A stretch of DNA of 64,000 bases. It comes from Eledone cirrhosa (lineage: Eukaryota). A program made the position numbers and the translations under genes. The stretch spans positions 198,772,001 to 198,836,000 of the forward strand of contig OZ024742.1 of assembly GCA_964016885.1 (NCBI GenBank). The letters are read 5' to 3'. The notes under the pieces are model-generated. The model saw only the letters and a list, made by a program, of their open reading frames with translations, had not been told where the DNA came from and made no database searches. Shown here one piece after another: positions 12,851-24,551 of the stretch (position 1 is the first letter of the stretch; the number at the start of each line of letters is the position of its first letter).

Positions 12851-12863
12851 TTAGGCGTTTCCC
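12822..12863 (-). promoter_or_regulatory. Putative -1 ribosomal frameshift signal between gag and pol
   Basis: In-frame heptamer G GGA AAC (12857-12863), 6-nt spacer, then hairpin GAGGUC-C-GCUG-AUGGGGA-CAGU-U-GACCUC. The -1 frame reads RLRGPL directly into pol MGTVDL. Confidence 0.8.
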
Positions 12864-13645
12864 GCCTTATGAAAGGAGCAAGGTTGCACGCAGTGATTCG
12901 CGTTCTCAGCAAATCGCTCGTGGTACCAGCATAAAGATGAAGCTGGTGACTTAGAACGCTGTCTAAAACTTTGCGATCTCCCGCGACTGCGGGGGCGCGA
13001 ACGGGCACCACACAAGGCCTTCATCTTGTGGAGCTCTATGGTGAGCTCCTGAATGGACCTTTGCATCGCTATAATGGTCGAGCTGTCTGTTGGCGCTGCC
13101 GCGTAGATCGCATGGCCGTGTGTGGCCCGAGCTGGGTGGTGAGCAGCGGCAGGGGGGTCGTTGCCTCCGGCATTCGTCACCTCGAAAACTTTGTCCGCAG
13201 AGGCGGCAAGCTGATCCACCGTGCTTGTATCCCTCATGGGGGCCAAAATTGCCTGTACGTTGGTCGGCAAACGCGAGAAGAACAACTGCTTCAGCAGGGC
13301 AGTTTCCGCTGCAGACCCCTCCGTTAGGTCCTTCATTCGCCTAAGGAGGTTCGATGGGGTGCCATCCCCTATATGCTCCAGATGGACCAGAGCCCTAAAT
13401 CTTTTTTCTGAAGACTGTTCTGTCCGGCTGAGTATTTCAGCCTTCAGAGACGTGTACGACGAGTCTGTGGTTGCCTCTAACACGAGGTCCTTAAACGCTG
13501 GGAGAATTGCCGGCGGAATTGCGCTAAAGACCACAGAATGTTGTAGTTCCTCGTCAACTCTGTTCGCCTTGAATAATGCTTCTAACTGTGAGAACCATAG
13601 CCTCACGTCGCCCGTGTCCGTTGGCAGAACAGAGTGGGAAGCCAT
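12851..13645 (-). CDS. gag: Gypsy Gag protein (264 aa)
   Basis: Open ORF: N-terminal LWF..LE..F, LF.SRLP..VQ.IL and C-terminal CWYH-x9-C-x3-C (CHCC) motif typical of CsRn1-clade Gag. Confidence 0.9.
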   Translation of the reverse strand: MASHSVLPTDTGDVRLWFSQLEALFKANRVDEELQHSVVFSAIPPAILPAFKDLVLEATTDSSYTSLKAEILSRTEQSSEKRFRALVHLEHIGDGTPSNLLRRMKDLTEGSAAETALLKQLFFSRLPTNVQAILAPMRDTSTVDQLAASADKVFEVTNAGGNDPPAAAHHPARATHGHAIYAAAPTDSSTIIAMQRSIQELTIELHKMKALCGARSRPRSRGRSQSFRQRSKSPASSLCWYHERFAENANHCVQPCSFHKAGNA

Positions 13646-14110
13646 TGGTATACCGCAGGCAATCTACCGTTTGGAAAAATGTCTCTAACATAACAGAAAA
13701 GGAAAACAAAATTTTTCCGTCAAACCACTGGCCGGAAAAATAATGCATCCGGGACAATATGCAAACAAGCGATTAAGTGAATGCTGTTATACTAAGGTAA
13801 GGGCAAAGAACCTAAAAAAAAAATCCAACATGGCGGACTATTTCGCGCCAAAAACACTATTGATGGAGAAGAGAGACTCCATCTTGCCATCCTCAAAAGT
13901 TTAGCCAGAGAAGAGAAGGGCAGAAAAGGAGAGAAAAAAAAAAAAAAGGCAAAAACATTTATACAATTGCTGTTTGTCTGTGTGTCAATGATTGTAGGTG
14001 TTCGTTTTGTATTAAATTGTTATATTTTTCTCTTTTTCTTGTCTTTCTTTTTTTTAAATATTATATACACCGTATACCATTTCCCATTCTTTTTTTTTTT
14101 TTTTTTTAAA

Positions 14111-14128
14111 TCACGTCGGGGGTCACCA
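14111..14128 (-). promoter_or_regulatory. Primer-binding site complementary to the tRNA-Trp 3' end
   Basis: TGGTGACCCCCGACGTGA lies 1 nt after the 5' LTR. The tRNA-Trp 3' end ...TCACGTCGGGGTCACCA (from recall) matches except for one extra C here. Confidence 0.85.
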
Positions 14129-14129
14129 G

Positions 14130-14581
14130 TTTAGGAGATTAGTATCGGTGTACATATAACATAAAAAAGACAGTAAATACCGGTGTGTGTGTTATAATAA
14201 TGTTTTTACTTCATGGAAGTCAAAGGTATTAAATATTAAGGATTTGTTACCCGATGGTCATAACTCGAGGCTCAAGTTGGTAGAGAAAAGAGATCTTTTC
14301 TAGCTGGTATTGACATCTTAGGCTCTCAGGCTGCAATTGCATTGTTCTTGGTAGCGAAGGATTATCAAGAAGGAATCATCAGAAGCTAAGGTCGCAGGTG
14401 TTACCACTTCAGAAATCAGGAAGCAAGAGCTAGATATCGTGGTAACCTGTTCCTTTTATAGGAGGTGAACGGAAGTGACCAACAGGGAGTCTGTCAATCC
14501 CAAAGGGAAGCAACTCCAGCTACTTCCTGTCTAGAGAGCGGTGATGAGATTGTCATGACAAGGGAGGCAACTCTTGCTACA
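14130..14581 (-). repeat. 5' LTR of the Gypsy element (452 bp)
   Basis: Direct repeat of 8721-9172, followed by the PBS on the minus strand. Confidence 0.96.
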
Positions 14582-14821
14582 TGTTCATACACGCATATAG
14601 AATAGATAATAATTTATAATAGAGTAGACAGCATCATAGATTACAGAGTTAGCATGTTCCGTGAAAACTTTATTAACTGCGAAGACGGTGGTCTATCTTC
14701 AGAAAAAAAACAACATCCAATAAAACTAGTTTTGCAATCGATTATTCACCAACAAAAAATCGTATGTACAACAAATCGTCCATCTAAAACTTTACTTTCA
14801 CATTCGAGCACATCACTTGTT

Positions 14822-17538
14822 CTACAGTTCTAATTTGCGATGTTTTACTTTAGAAAATTTTTCAATCACGATGCTGAAGTCAATTTTTTCAGCCAGTTCT
14901 CGCACTATGTACATCATTGCCACAGCATTCAACCGCTCTTCACTAATGGTACTACGCAAATAATTCTTTATCAGTTTGAGCCTGCTGAAGGTTTGCTCAG
15001 TCTGCGCCGAGCTAACTGGAATAGTTATGAACATTTTGTATAAGGCAAACACGTTCGGATAGCCTCTATCTAAGTCATTAGAAATCATAAACGGAACGAT
15101 CTCAGAACTCGATATGGATTTATCTAAACACACTTCCTTGTAAAAATCTTTGAATGATAATACTCGTCGAAGATAGTGTCATTTTCGATGTCACCCTCGT
15201 AGAATTTCACAAGATTATCGATTCTCTCTCTATTGCATGTGTCGTCGTCGTCGAAGTGCGCCGGTATCAAGCACGAAAAATCCTTCACTAGATCGTGCAA
15301 GTCGGCAAAACGTTCGTTAAAGCTACTAATGATTCTATCTAAGATAGTGAAATAAACGTCCCGTTTAAAATGCTGACTCATCGTCTCATGAGGTTCGTCA
15401 CTGGCATTTTTGTCATGAAAACGCTTCTTTTTTCTTTTTCGTTTTTCTGTTGTAAACTCTGGTTCAACTTAACATTGCTCGGCGAGATTTTTAGCGTCTG
15501 ATAATGTTCGGTCAAAATATTCATTTGAGGGGATGTCTTCAATTTCTTTTACTACATTTTTAATCATGACGTCCGCTGAATATAAGTCGATAGCCTCCTT
15601 CTGCAAATATTGTGAAACAGAATGCAGCTTTTTAAGTAAATTCTGAAAAAAACTTCAACATGAAAATGAATTCAAACTTGCTCACATTTAGTAGCAAACT
15701 TCTGGCCTCGGCTAATACTTTCGGAGCAGTGTTGTGAACATCCCCATTTATTATCCTCTCTAGTGCACTTATTACTGCCGGTAAGTTGTTAATGGTAGCC
15801 TCTACAGCCTGAATGTGACTAAACCAGCGCGTATCTGAGAGTCTTTTTAATGTTAATACCGTTGAAGTCAATAGTTTTTCTTGTTCTTCTTCGAGGATGT
15901 TCAGCCTTGGCAAGCTTGATGTTAAGAAAACATACAGGCTCTCCAATATACCAAAAAATAATTTACCATCCACTGACGATTGGCTAGCATCGATTAACAC
16001 CAGGTTCAGGTTATGAGCGCAACAATGGACGTAAACAGCTTTCGAAGAGCATCTCTCTTTAACTCTAGCCTGAAGCCCAGAAATATGGCCGGACATATTC
16101 GACGCTCCGTCGTAAGCTTGTCCTCTAATATATTGAGCATCCAAGGATAGATCCTGGAAAAAAACTTTCACAAGCGTATCGTAAAATGATTCAGTGGCTG
16201 CTGATTCTAGTTCACAAAACGACAGGAAATGCTCCTGTGTGTGGCCACTTTTCAATACATATCGCAGTGACACAGAGCATTGATCCTGATGCGAAATGTC
16301 TATTGTGGAATCGACGATGACTGAATAGTATTTTGCCGCTTTCACTTCCGTGATTATTTGTTGAGTACATTCGTTTGCCAGGCATTCTATGAATTCGTTT
16401 TGTAATTTTGGACTTAAGTACATGGGCTTTTAGTGCGCCCAGGCGAGAATAAATGGCTTTCCAAGATCGTATCATATTTGGCCATCAATTTCAACAATTC
16501 AATAAAGTTTCCTTCATTTTCTGATTTGGCGCCAAGTCCAGCATATTCCCTGTGACCTCTGAAGGCCAGGCCTTGTTTTGCGAGAAATAACGTACAATCA
16601 AGCAATCGCCTCAATATCTGGCGATTTCGTTCAATTCACTTCTTCTCTTCATGGACGAGGTTATCGATCACTGTTTTATCTGCGTCCAAACGATATTTTG
16701 TCATGAAGTATTACTTTTGTGCATTGATGTGAATGGCACTTTTCTCATGCTTGGCAATTTTTTCGATTCCCTTTTTGAAGTTTGCCATCCCACACTCTGG
16801 ATTACCCCAAGTCTTCGATTAAGATTCGGCATTTTTATCAGCAAACAGCCAACAACAAAAGCAATATAGTCTGTTGGATTCAGGAGAGTATACTAACCAG
16901 TGTCGGTCAACTTTATGAATTCCAGCACACTTTCTCTTGTACCAACTGATGTTGAATTTTCTGTGGTTCGAGTAGAGAGGGAAATCAGCAAAATTATCTT
17001 TCAATCCTGGCTGACAAGGACCAACGGCCATGAGGGCGCGAATTAGAGGTGTCGTTAATGGTCTGTCCTCGAAATGTTTCGGGTCGCTTGGATACTTCTC
17101 TTGTAAATTCAACATGCATTCTACTGGCTCATACTCTGGGATTTGTTTTGCCAATGTAGTTTCCTCTGAATCATTTTCATTTTCAGATTCCGATACAGCC
17201 ATTTTTCCCTCTATTGAGTTCGGATCCCCAGTTGGAACTACATCTTCAGTGTCTACGACGGTTGTTGAGATAGTCGATGGATCTGAGGCATCTTCGACGT
17301 CAGGTTCTCGTGACTCTCCAGTGCTTTTCTGTTTCTCCAGTTCATCTGACCAGACCGACTCGTCAGAAATTCCGGCAGTTACGTTGCTTTGGGATGCGTC
17401 ACTACTTGTTGACGAAGACTGTTGACTTTTCAGAAAACTTGTGATTAGATGACATTTCTTTGCAGATTCTTCCGTGGCAGCCTGTCTAGCTTCTCTCCTC
17501 TTTGTTGCTCCAGTTTTGTAAGTTTTTTTAGGCAGCAT
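14822..17538 (-). pseudogene. hAT transposase pseudogene (TTF-type Zn finger, DUF4371-like, hATC dimerisation)
   Basis: Collinear ORF pieces: RKF..SWY/WLVYS/YCFCCWLF, AFRGHRE..NEGNF, DSTIDIS, YDGASNM, VHCCAHNLNL, TRW, and IPVSSA..E..FS.LKLIKNYLRST. Several frameshifts and stops. Confidence 0.93.
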
Positions 17539-18287
17539 TGTTAATGAGCACTATATTGACACTGTTTTCCAGTGGCTTTGTCTTAAAAAAAAATTCTTCC
17601 TTTTTCCTTTTTCTTTTTTTTTTTTCTATAAGTCTTTAAGTGCCGAAATAGCTTGTGTTACCGCATTACTCTGGTCCTGGCAAAGTCGTTGGCTGGTTTT
17701 CCTCTCTTCAGCTCGTCGATCGCAGCCTCAAATCGCACGTCTGTCTCAGTCCGATGACCGCCGTAGAAGAGAAAAGGGTCTCTCAAGCTGACGTCACATC
17801 TGCTCGCCCTTCCGGTCGAGCACGCTTCCGGTCAAGCACGCCCAGCCTCCGGCCACTACACACCACACCATACCCACAATGAGCACTATATTGACACACT
17901 TGGAATAATGCAATTTGCTTGATTTGATATTCAACACCGAAGAATGTAAAACACGTCAAATAATCGATGAAAAACAAAACATAGAGCAAAAGTCCAGGAA
18001 ATGTCGCAAATACCAAATTGTTCTAAAATGTGACTAATGATAAAAAGTAACAACATAAATAAAAATATTATATATATTATATATATACACACAACATATA
18101 GATATAAATATTTGTGTGTATATACTCATGCATAATTATACTTTTAATTAAATATTAGGTTAAAAACCTGAGTATCGAGAATAACATAAACATGTATTAC
18201 AACATTTCAAACAAATAAAATAATATAGAATTTAGATATCAAATCATTTATTTATATTTACAAATCAAAGAATATAATAATCGGTTT

Positions 18288-18458
18288 TTAATGAGATCCC
18301 TGTGATTGATACAAGGCTACGAATTTGTCAATGTTTGGTGTGAAAGCCAAATCACCTCTTCTTTCTATATCAAGGCGATTTTGACTTTTTGAAAGCAGAT
18401 GCACCACCTGACTGAAACCTGACTCAACTAAATAAGATGTGGGGAAAGCAAGTAAAAA
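18288..18458 (-). pseudogene. C-terminal fragment of a second, Buster/Charlie-type hAT transposase inside the first hAT
   Basis: Manual translation FLLAFPTSYLVESGFSQVVHLLSKSQNRLDIERRGDLAFTPNIDKFVALYQSQGSH* matches the FPTSYL.E.GFS...KRNRL...RGDL...Q.SH* end of Buster/ZBED5-like proteins. Confidence 0.8.
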
Positions 18459-18734
18459 AAATTTAACGTTTTTATTCGACGGAATATTGTCTACACTTTT
18501 TAGTTGCCATTTTATCCGAAATATTATATTTTTTAAATAAACAAGAGATTGGTCTTAACTTCTAGTCTTATTAGAGATTAAGCGTTTTCTTTACGTTGTT
18601 GTAGTTAAGGATTCGTAATTACATCTGTAATAAGTTATGTGTTTAGAATTATAGCCTAGGGGGCCCACCTAGACCGACAGGAAAGCCAAGGCCCCCCCCC
18701 CCCCCCGTTAGTTACGCCACTGCCTAGAGCCATA

Positions 18735-18954
18735 ATAACCAAATGAAAAGATATATGTTTATATATATAGAGAGAAAGAGCCATATATCGTAAAAGAAAC
18801 ACGGTATATTCTATTTATACCAAATACATATTCTTCTATAGAATATGTATTTGGTATATATAGAATATACCGTGTTTCTTTTACGATATATGGCTCTTTC
18901 TCTCTCTCTCTCTCTATATATATATATAAACATGTATTTTTTTTATTTGGTTAT
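18735..18954. repeat. ~220-bp near-perfect palindrome (foldback)
   Basis: GAAAGAGCCATATATCGTAAAAGAAACACGGTATATTCTAT... is mirrored by ...ATAGAATATACCGTGTTTCTTTTACGATATATGGCTCTTTC, centred near 18836. Confidence 0.9.
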
Positions 18955-19771
18955 ATATATGTGTGTGTGTCGTTACGTGAAACATGTCTAATCATTCAGG
19001 TGTTAGCCACATGAAATTCCGAGTCAAAATCCGTTCACCTACCTATAAAATTTACGCAATATCTATATATATCATTCTGATATAGCATAGAACATAAATA
19101 CTATTTATATGATGGATAATGAAAAACTAATAAATTATTTACAAAAGAAACAAATCAATAAAAAAAAAGAGATCGTAAAAAAAAAATAAAAAAGCAAGAG
19201 AAGGCATGCACACTCAATTGTGTAGATAATAAAACAAAGTACTGATGTTGCCCTCTAAAAATATTTGAGCCAAGCCAAGACACAGTATTGCTATGGATGA
19301 TAGTGAGTCTGATGGTGCTGGAATAGCGAAACACTCACGACTATCACCTAATACATTAATAAATCCCGGTAGTAGTGAAAGTAATGTGTTTAAATAGCCA
19401 GCACAATCACCAGGCCGATACTTTGATAAATCAAGCCGTCAACGTCGATATAAAGTTTGTTGTTAGAAGTCCAGCCAATTAAGAGCTCTTTTTTTTTACC
19501 GTTTCTGGGGCCCGAATTACTGAACTATCAGGTGACGTTCGTGAGAGCACTTGACTATTCCAACGCCTTAGCCCTGCTATCACTCGCAGCAATGTCATGG
19601 TCATGAGTGTATTAGGTCGCCTCAAATCATCTTTAGATGGAAACACTAACATTTCCTAACATAGTAACTGAGGAAGAAAGTGTCATTTCTGTTTTTTTTC
19701 TTCTTTCTGACTAATTTATTATTATTACTATTAATGCCTGTTTGTTTTGTTGCTATTTTTACATAATAATA

Positions 19772-19880
19772 ATTATTTCTACTTTTGGCACAAAGCCAAC
19801 AATTATCCCAGTGTGTTACTGATACTTTATTTTATTGACCCCGTAAGGATGAAAGGCAAAGTTAACCTCGATGGGATTTT
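19772..19880 (-). mobile_element. SINE fragment, family 2
   Basis: Same motif as 5982-6135; interrupted by the LINE 3' end. Confidence 0.7.
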
Positions 19881-19884
19881 TACA

Positions 19885-21445
19885 TAATAATAACAATAAT
19901 GATTTCTTTAATGGCCACATTAAGAAAACATTAAAGATACAGTGTGGGTTTTTTTTGTGTAGTATAACATTTATAACAGAGACTAAAAAAATAACATTAA
20001 AAAAAAAATTGCTCAAAGGTAGAAAGACTCTGAGGGTCACTCGTGGAGAAAGCCTACAAAACGCCACGGTCAACCCTGCCCGCTAGGGCAAAGTATCCTC
20101 TCCCAGTTGTTCTCCTCTAATTTACAGGCATATACTCAAAGCAGGCCATTCACACGGACCATGCTCGCCACTCTCACACACCTTTCAATAAACTGGTTGG
20201 AAGGCGGCACTTCCCTCTCCACCCTGATTTTCCTCATCAAGTGAAAGCTGAAAAGGTTAATCAGGGCTTCGCCGAAGAGGAAAGTTCTTGTTATCAACCC
20301 TTTCAAACGCGTCCCCCACACGACCTCTTTCGCCATGTCCACCAGGCATATAAAAACTGCCTGTCCTTGCCCTCTAAAGGAAGACGGTGGGTGATCTTCA
20401 TAATGGACTCAATTGATAGTCAGATCTGTCAAACACATGACAGCATGTGCTGAACATAAACCCACAGCGATACTCGGACACTCGATGAGCGCGTGCATGA
20501 CGGTTTTGTCGGCCTGTGCGAATCTCGATTTTCGCTTGACCCAGGACTGTAGCTCCGTTAAGGAGACGAGCTGGGTAAAAACGTGTCTAGCGAACGGCGA
20601 CCACACCTGTTCATCATTAAGGAAAAATAGGAGATGCGTAGCCTCAGCGCATGTTTGCCCATCATCAGCTGCGGTATACCCAATCCTCCACGCAGCAGGT
20701 TTTGACAGCAGATGGATCGCCTGACCAATGGAACCTGTCCATTCCACAAAAAGCGAAAACGTAGACGTTCCAGTGCAGTCAGGCATGGACTGGGACAAGG
20801 CACGACGGTCAGTCAGACATGGACTAGGACAAGGCACGACGGTCAGGCGGTAGTAGATGACGGGCGCAATGTACGAGTGCCACCTCTGCCCGACCTTTCA
20901 AAGATAGCTTCCTCTCGGCCCATTTCTGGGTGAGACAGACCACCTTGCTCGGAACCTCGTCCCAGTTTTTGTCCATCTGGAGGTCCGGCCCATCCGTCCA
21001 GCACCCGACGATGATGTTGGACAGCATGGACATGCTTTTCCATGTGCCGAGCTGCAGGCCCACCGACTTTTCCTGGTTAATGTTTGCTCTTGTTACCGCT
21101 TCGTACTCCCTGGAAGCGGTGCCGATCATCCCGTGTTCGACATCGGCATATCTGACACGGATCTCCCACATACTAGTTCGCACAGGATGCCCCTCAACGT
21201 CTCCAATGTTTGTAGTAATGGTTCGAGAGTCAATGCATACAAAAGGATCGAGATGAGAAAACCGTGGTGGACCGAGTGCATGGTATTAAATGGGTTTGAA
21301 GCCGGCTACTTTGAAGACTGCCTTAATTGATCAGGACCCCACCCTCTTTATGATGTATCGCATGAAGTTAGGGTCGTCGTGGATGGACAGGTTTCTAGAG
21401 GACATCATCTGCTTATTGTCAACGTGCTCTCGGTTGTCAAGAGAA
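19885..21445 (-). mobile_element. 5'-truncated, degenerate L1/Tx1-like LINE (RT C-terminal part and 3' UTR)
   Basis: Fragments LTLEPLL, YADV, KLSLKGRAEV and FRFLWNGQVPLVRRSICCQ...GGLGIP. (ATT)n-like tail near 19885-19900 on the minus strand. Many frameshifts. Confidence 0.8.
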
Positions 21446-21840
21446 ACAGTATGATTCAGTTTATGTGTGTATGTATGATTCATATATATATATATATGAG
21501 ACAAGACATATGTTTGATTTTGTATCATTAATGACATCCTTACTTTGAATGTAATATAATAATAATGATATATATATGTGTGTGTCCCAAATTTTTAACC
21601 GTTTCCTAATTTGTCAGTTTATGTATTAAATTTGTTATTATACAGAGCATATAAATAAATTTACAGCAGAATAACATAACAAATATATTTTAGATATATA
21701 CATAAATAACATTACAAATGCTTAGATAACATTATAGATTGCTCGCGATTCTTTCAGAAAGATATATTCTTTTAATGTTACAAATTAAAGAAAATGTAAA
21801 GGAAGGGGTGAACAACCGAGCCAACACCAGAGCAAAAGAC

Positions 21841-22767
21841 TGCAACGTCGCGAGGAGTACCGGGCAACCTCTCGGACTAGTTCCAACAGGGAGTTGGGTG
21901 AAGCTCTCCAGCAATGGAGTGAGTTGGGCTTGTCTCTTCCTGAGAAGGTGGAGGACAGTCGAAGTCAGAGAACTTGGGACAGCATAAGTTCGAAGGCCAC
22001 CTTCGACTCCCTCTTCGTCCAGTCGGATCAGTTTGCAAGGTGCCGCTTACTATCTGCCAGCACCAAATAGTCAGGGGACTGGGTTGATGCCCTACCCGTG
22101 GCCAACGTTGGTGGCCTACTCAGCCTGGACGAACTTCATGTCTCCATCACCCTCAGAGTGGGAACTGACGTCTACATGGATTTGAGGTGCCGATACGGCA
22201 AACTCCTCGACTCCACAGGCCTCCATGGTCTTTCTTGCCGCCTGAATGCCGGCCGCTTCGTGCGTCACACGGAACTAAACCTCATTCTCAAGAGAGCTTT
22301 AGCCCGGGCGAACATCCCCTCAATCTTAGAACCATCTGGGTTGTCCAGAAGTGACGGCAAAAGACCTGACGGCCTTACCCTGTGCCCCTGGTCGAGAGGC
22401 AGGTGCCTTGTCTGGGACGTCACTGTTAGTGACTCTTTTGCTTCTTCCCACATCCTGGATGCTGCAGTTAGGACGAGGGCCACAGCTTCCGCAGCCGAGT
22501 GGAGTAAGACCCTCAAAAACTCTGATCTGTCGGCCAGCTACATTTTTCAGTCTGTGGCTTTCGAGACGTTTGAGGGAGTCGGGCCGCTGACTGCGAGGTT
22601 CCTCTCTTCACTGGCGGCTCGCTAATAGAGGTAACTGGCGAATCTCGCGAGGGTGCTTGGTTGTTCCAGCGCATTAGCCTCGCCATCACCCGAGGCAATG
22701 CTGCGAGTGTGCTGGTTTGCCTAAAAAATCATTAGAGAGGTGTCCCGGTACTCCTCGCGACGTTGCA
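21841..22767 (+). mobile_element. 3' fragment of a CRE-like non-LTR retrotransposon (zinc knuckle plus restriction-like endonuclease) bounded by 33-bp inverted repeats
   Basis: Translation SQRTWD...SGDWVDALP, CRYG..LDSTGLHGLSC, RH..LN, DGKRPDGLTL.PW..G..L.WDVT, FET and QRISLAITRGNA. Inverted repeats at 21841-21873 and 22735-22767 (2 mismatches). Confidence 0.8.
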
Positions 22768-23391
22768 TTTGTCTGTTTGAGTCCTAAAACTAAATAGGCA
22801 TTTATTTATAATTAGATCATGTGACAACTTATTAGGGATTCGTTTAAGGGTTAGTTATCTTTATTTCGGGTTCTTGAGGTTCGTCATAATTATAAGCTTG
22901 CAACAGACAATACTCTACGTCTCTTCTGTCTTTATTTCCTTTTTCTTTTTTTCTTTTTTTCTTTTTTTCTTTTTTTCTTTTTTTCTTTTTTTCTTTCTTT
23001 CTTTCTTTCTTTCTTTCTATCTTAATCATGGCCTTCTATAAATAACTGCCAAATTTACTTCCTGAAATATACAAAGAGAATACGTTGTATAATGTAGTCA
23101 TACATACGACCAAGGGGATGAGATGGCCATAACTGGAACGTGTTTGATTATAGGCCTGCTCGATCATAGCTAACCCGTTATTTTTCACAATAATATCTAT
23201 ACTATATATTTTACCGCTCTATATTATTCTACTCTTTTTTTTTTCTTCTTTCTGTTCTTATCTCGACCTGCTAAAAGTAGCAGCTAAATTTCCCCTCAAA
23301 TCACATTCTATTGTTTTAAATAAGGAAACGATACTTGCTTTCTGTTCAAAACTTTCTCACACCCACACCATCTTTTGGATTATTATTTTAT

Positions 23392-23540
23392 TCATTTTAC
23401 TGGTTTCAGTCATTAGACAGCGACCAGGCTAAGGACACCACACCGATTTAGTCGATTTTGTCGACTCCAATACATATTTTTAAGTCTGGTACTTATTTTA
23501 TCGATATCTTTTTATTGAACTGCTGAATTACAGGACATTA
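23392..23540. mobile_element. SINE-like repeat, family 1
   Basis: Homologous to 3337-3480. Confidence 0.6.
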
Positions 23541-24246
23541 ACACACATACGCGTGCACACGCACACACACATGTATATAATCTCGGATCTCGAAGACATT
23601 TCTCACCCAGTGGATGGGAGATCTCCGCGTCGGACGTGGAGAGTTGACAGATCTGATATTGGCTTGCCTCAAAATACTCTGTTGACCCATGTGATGTGCG
23701 ACCGATTGTTACACTTGGTGGTAAATTGATGGTCGTTTTCGTTTTTTTTTTTTTTTTTCTTCCCTCCTGTTTTTTTTCTTTCTCTCGCTCTGGTCATATA
23801 ATTTGGTGCGTTATATTTGTGAGGTTCATAGCAATGGTTAATTCCATTTGTTATATGTGGTTTTATTTGTGTTTATTCTAATACCAGAAGAAATGTTTCC
23901 CCAATCTTATCTGGATCAGGGCAAGTTTTTATTTTGTTTTTGTACTTTTGTAATGGAAGACCAGCAGTTGCCTATGCATGCAAGTCTTCCCTCTTCAAGC
24001 CACTGGTGATGTCCTGATCCAACAGGGCTGGTGTTACCATAGAAGCCAACTTAGCAGCCATTTGAGGGGCAGACATGAGAGAGGCGCATTACTGAAAGGA
24101 TTACAGATTCGTATAAATTTGTATAATTAAATAAAATATATAACAATTTCCTGTAATCAATAATAAAAAAAAAAATCGCTCGCATAGCAGCGTTGTGGAA
24201 ATATTCAAAGCGGTGGAGAGTGTCGTATGGTGTAATAGCCAATCAC

Positions 24247-24551
24247 CAGGGCCTGATTTAGACCTTGTGGGGCCCGAAGCACTTCAGGTTTGTGTTTGTT
24301 TTTTTTGGAGAGGGGGGGGGGGGTGTCATACATAAAAAAAATAGCTCCCCTCCCCCATTTTTCATACCAAAATCAACTTGGCGCAAGTAATTGGAATTAT
24401 AAAGTTATACATGCAGGTATTAAATTAAAAAATTCAAACCATCCTAAAACTAAAAAGCCAGCTGAGGGCACAAATAAATTGCTGTAGCCGTCGCTGTTGG
24501 TATCCCCATGAAAGAGGCCCGGGGCAATTGCCCTCATTAAATCCTGCTCTG
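24247..24551. mobile_element. hAT-type MITE
   Basis: CAGGGCCTGATTTA...TAAATCCTGCTCTG TIRs with a degenerate 8-bp TSD CCAATCAC/CCTGTCAC. Confidence 0.65.

Larger units (their letters stand above)
8721..14581 (-). mobile_element. Full-length Ty3/Gypsy LTR retrotransposon, CsRn1/Kabuki-like
   Basis: Two 452-bp LTRs (about 1 mismatch seen), 4-bp TSD TGTT (8717-8720 / 14582-14585), tRNA-Trp PBS, PPT, gag with CHCC-type motif, PR-RT-RH-IN order. Confidence 0.97.
8619..18722 (-). mobile_element. hAT DNA transposon (ZMYM1-like transposase), ~4.2 kb net of the nested Gypsy insertion
   Basis: Perfect 14-bp TIRs CAGTGGCGTAACTA (8619-8632 / 18709-18722) and a perfect 8-bp TSD CCTAGAGC (8611-8618 / 18723-18730). 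Transposase remnants lie inside. Confidence 0.96.

Noticed and set aside
9979-13688. Plus-strand ORFs overlapping gag/pol (also 17030-17425 and 63314-63845)
   Set aside because: Antisense shadows of transposon coding sequence with no independent motifs.
14107-14128. tRNA-Trp gene
   Set aside because: Only the 3' ~20 nt including CCA are present, next to an LTR. This is a PBS.
14822-17538. Host ZMYM1 gene with introns
   Set aside because: It lies between TIRs with a TSD, and the breaks are frameshifts or stops rather than introns.
20778-20847. ~34-bp tandem duplication in the LINE (also ~58 bp at 27390-27490 and ~51 bp at 6975-7075)
   Set aside because: Ordinary slippage in dead repeats, with no sign of function.
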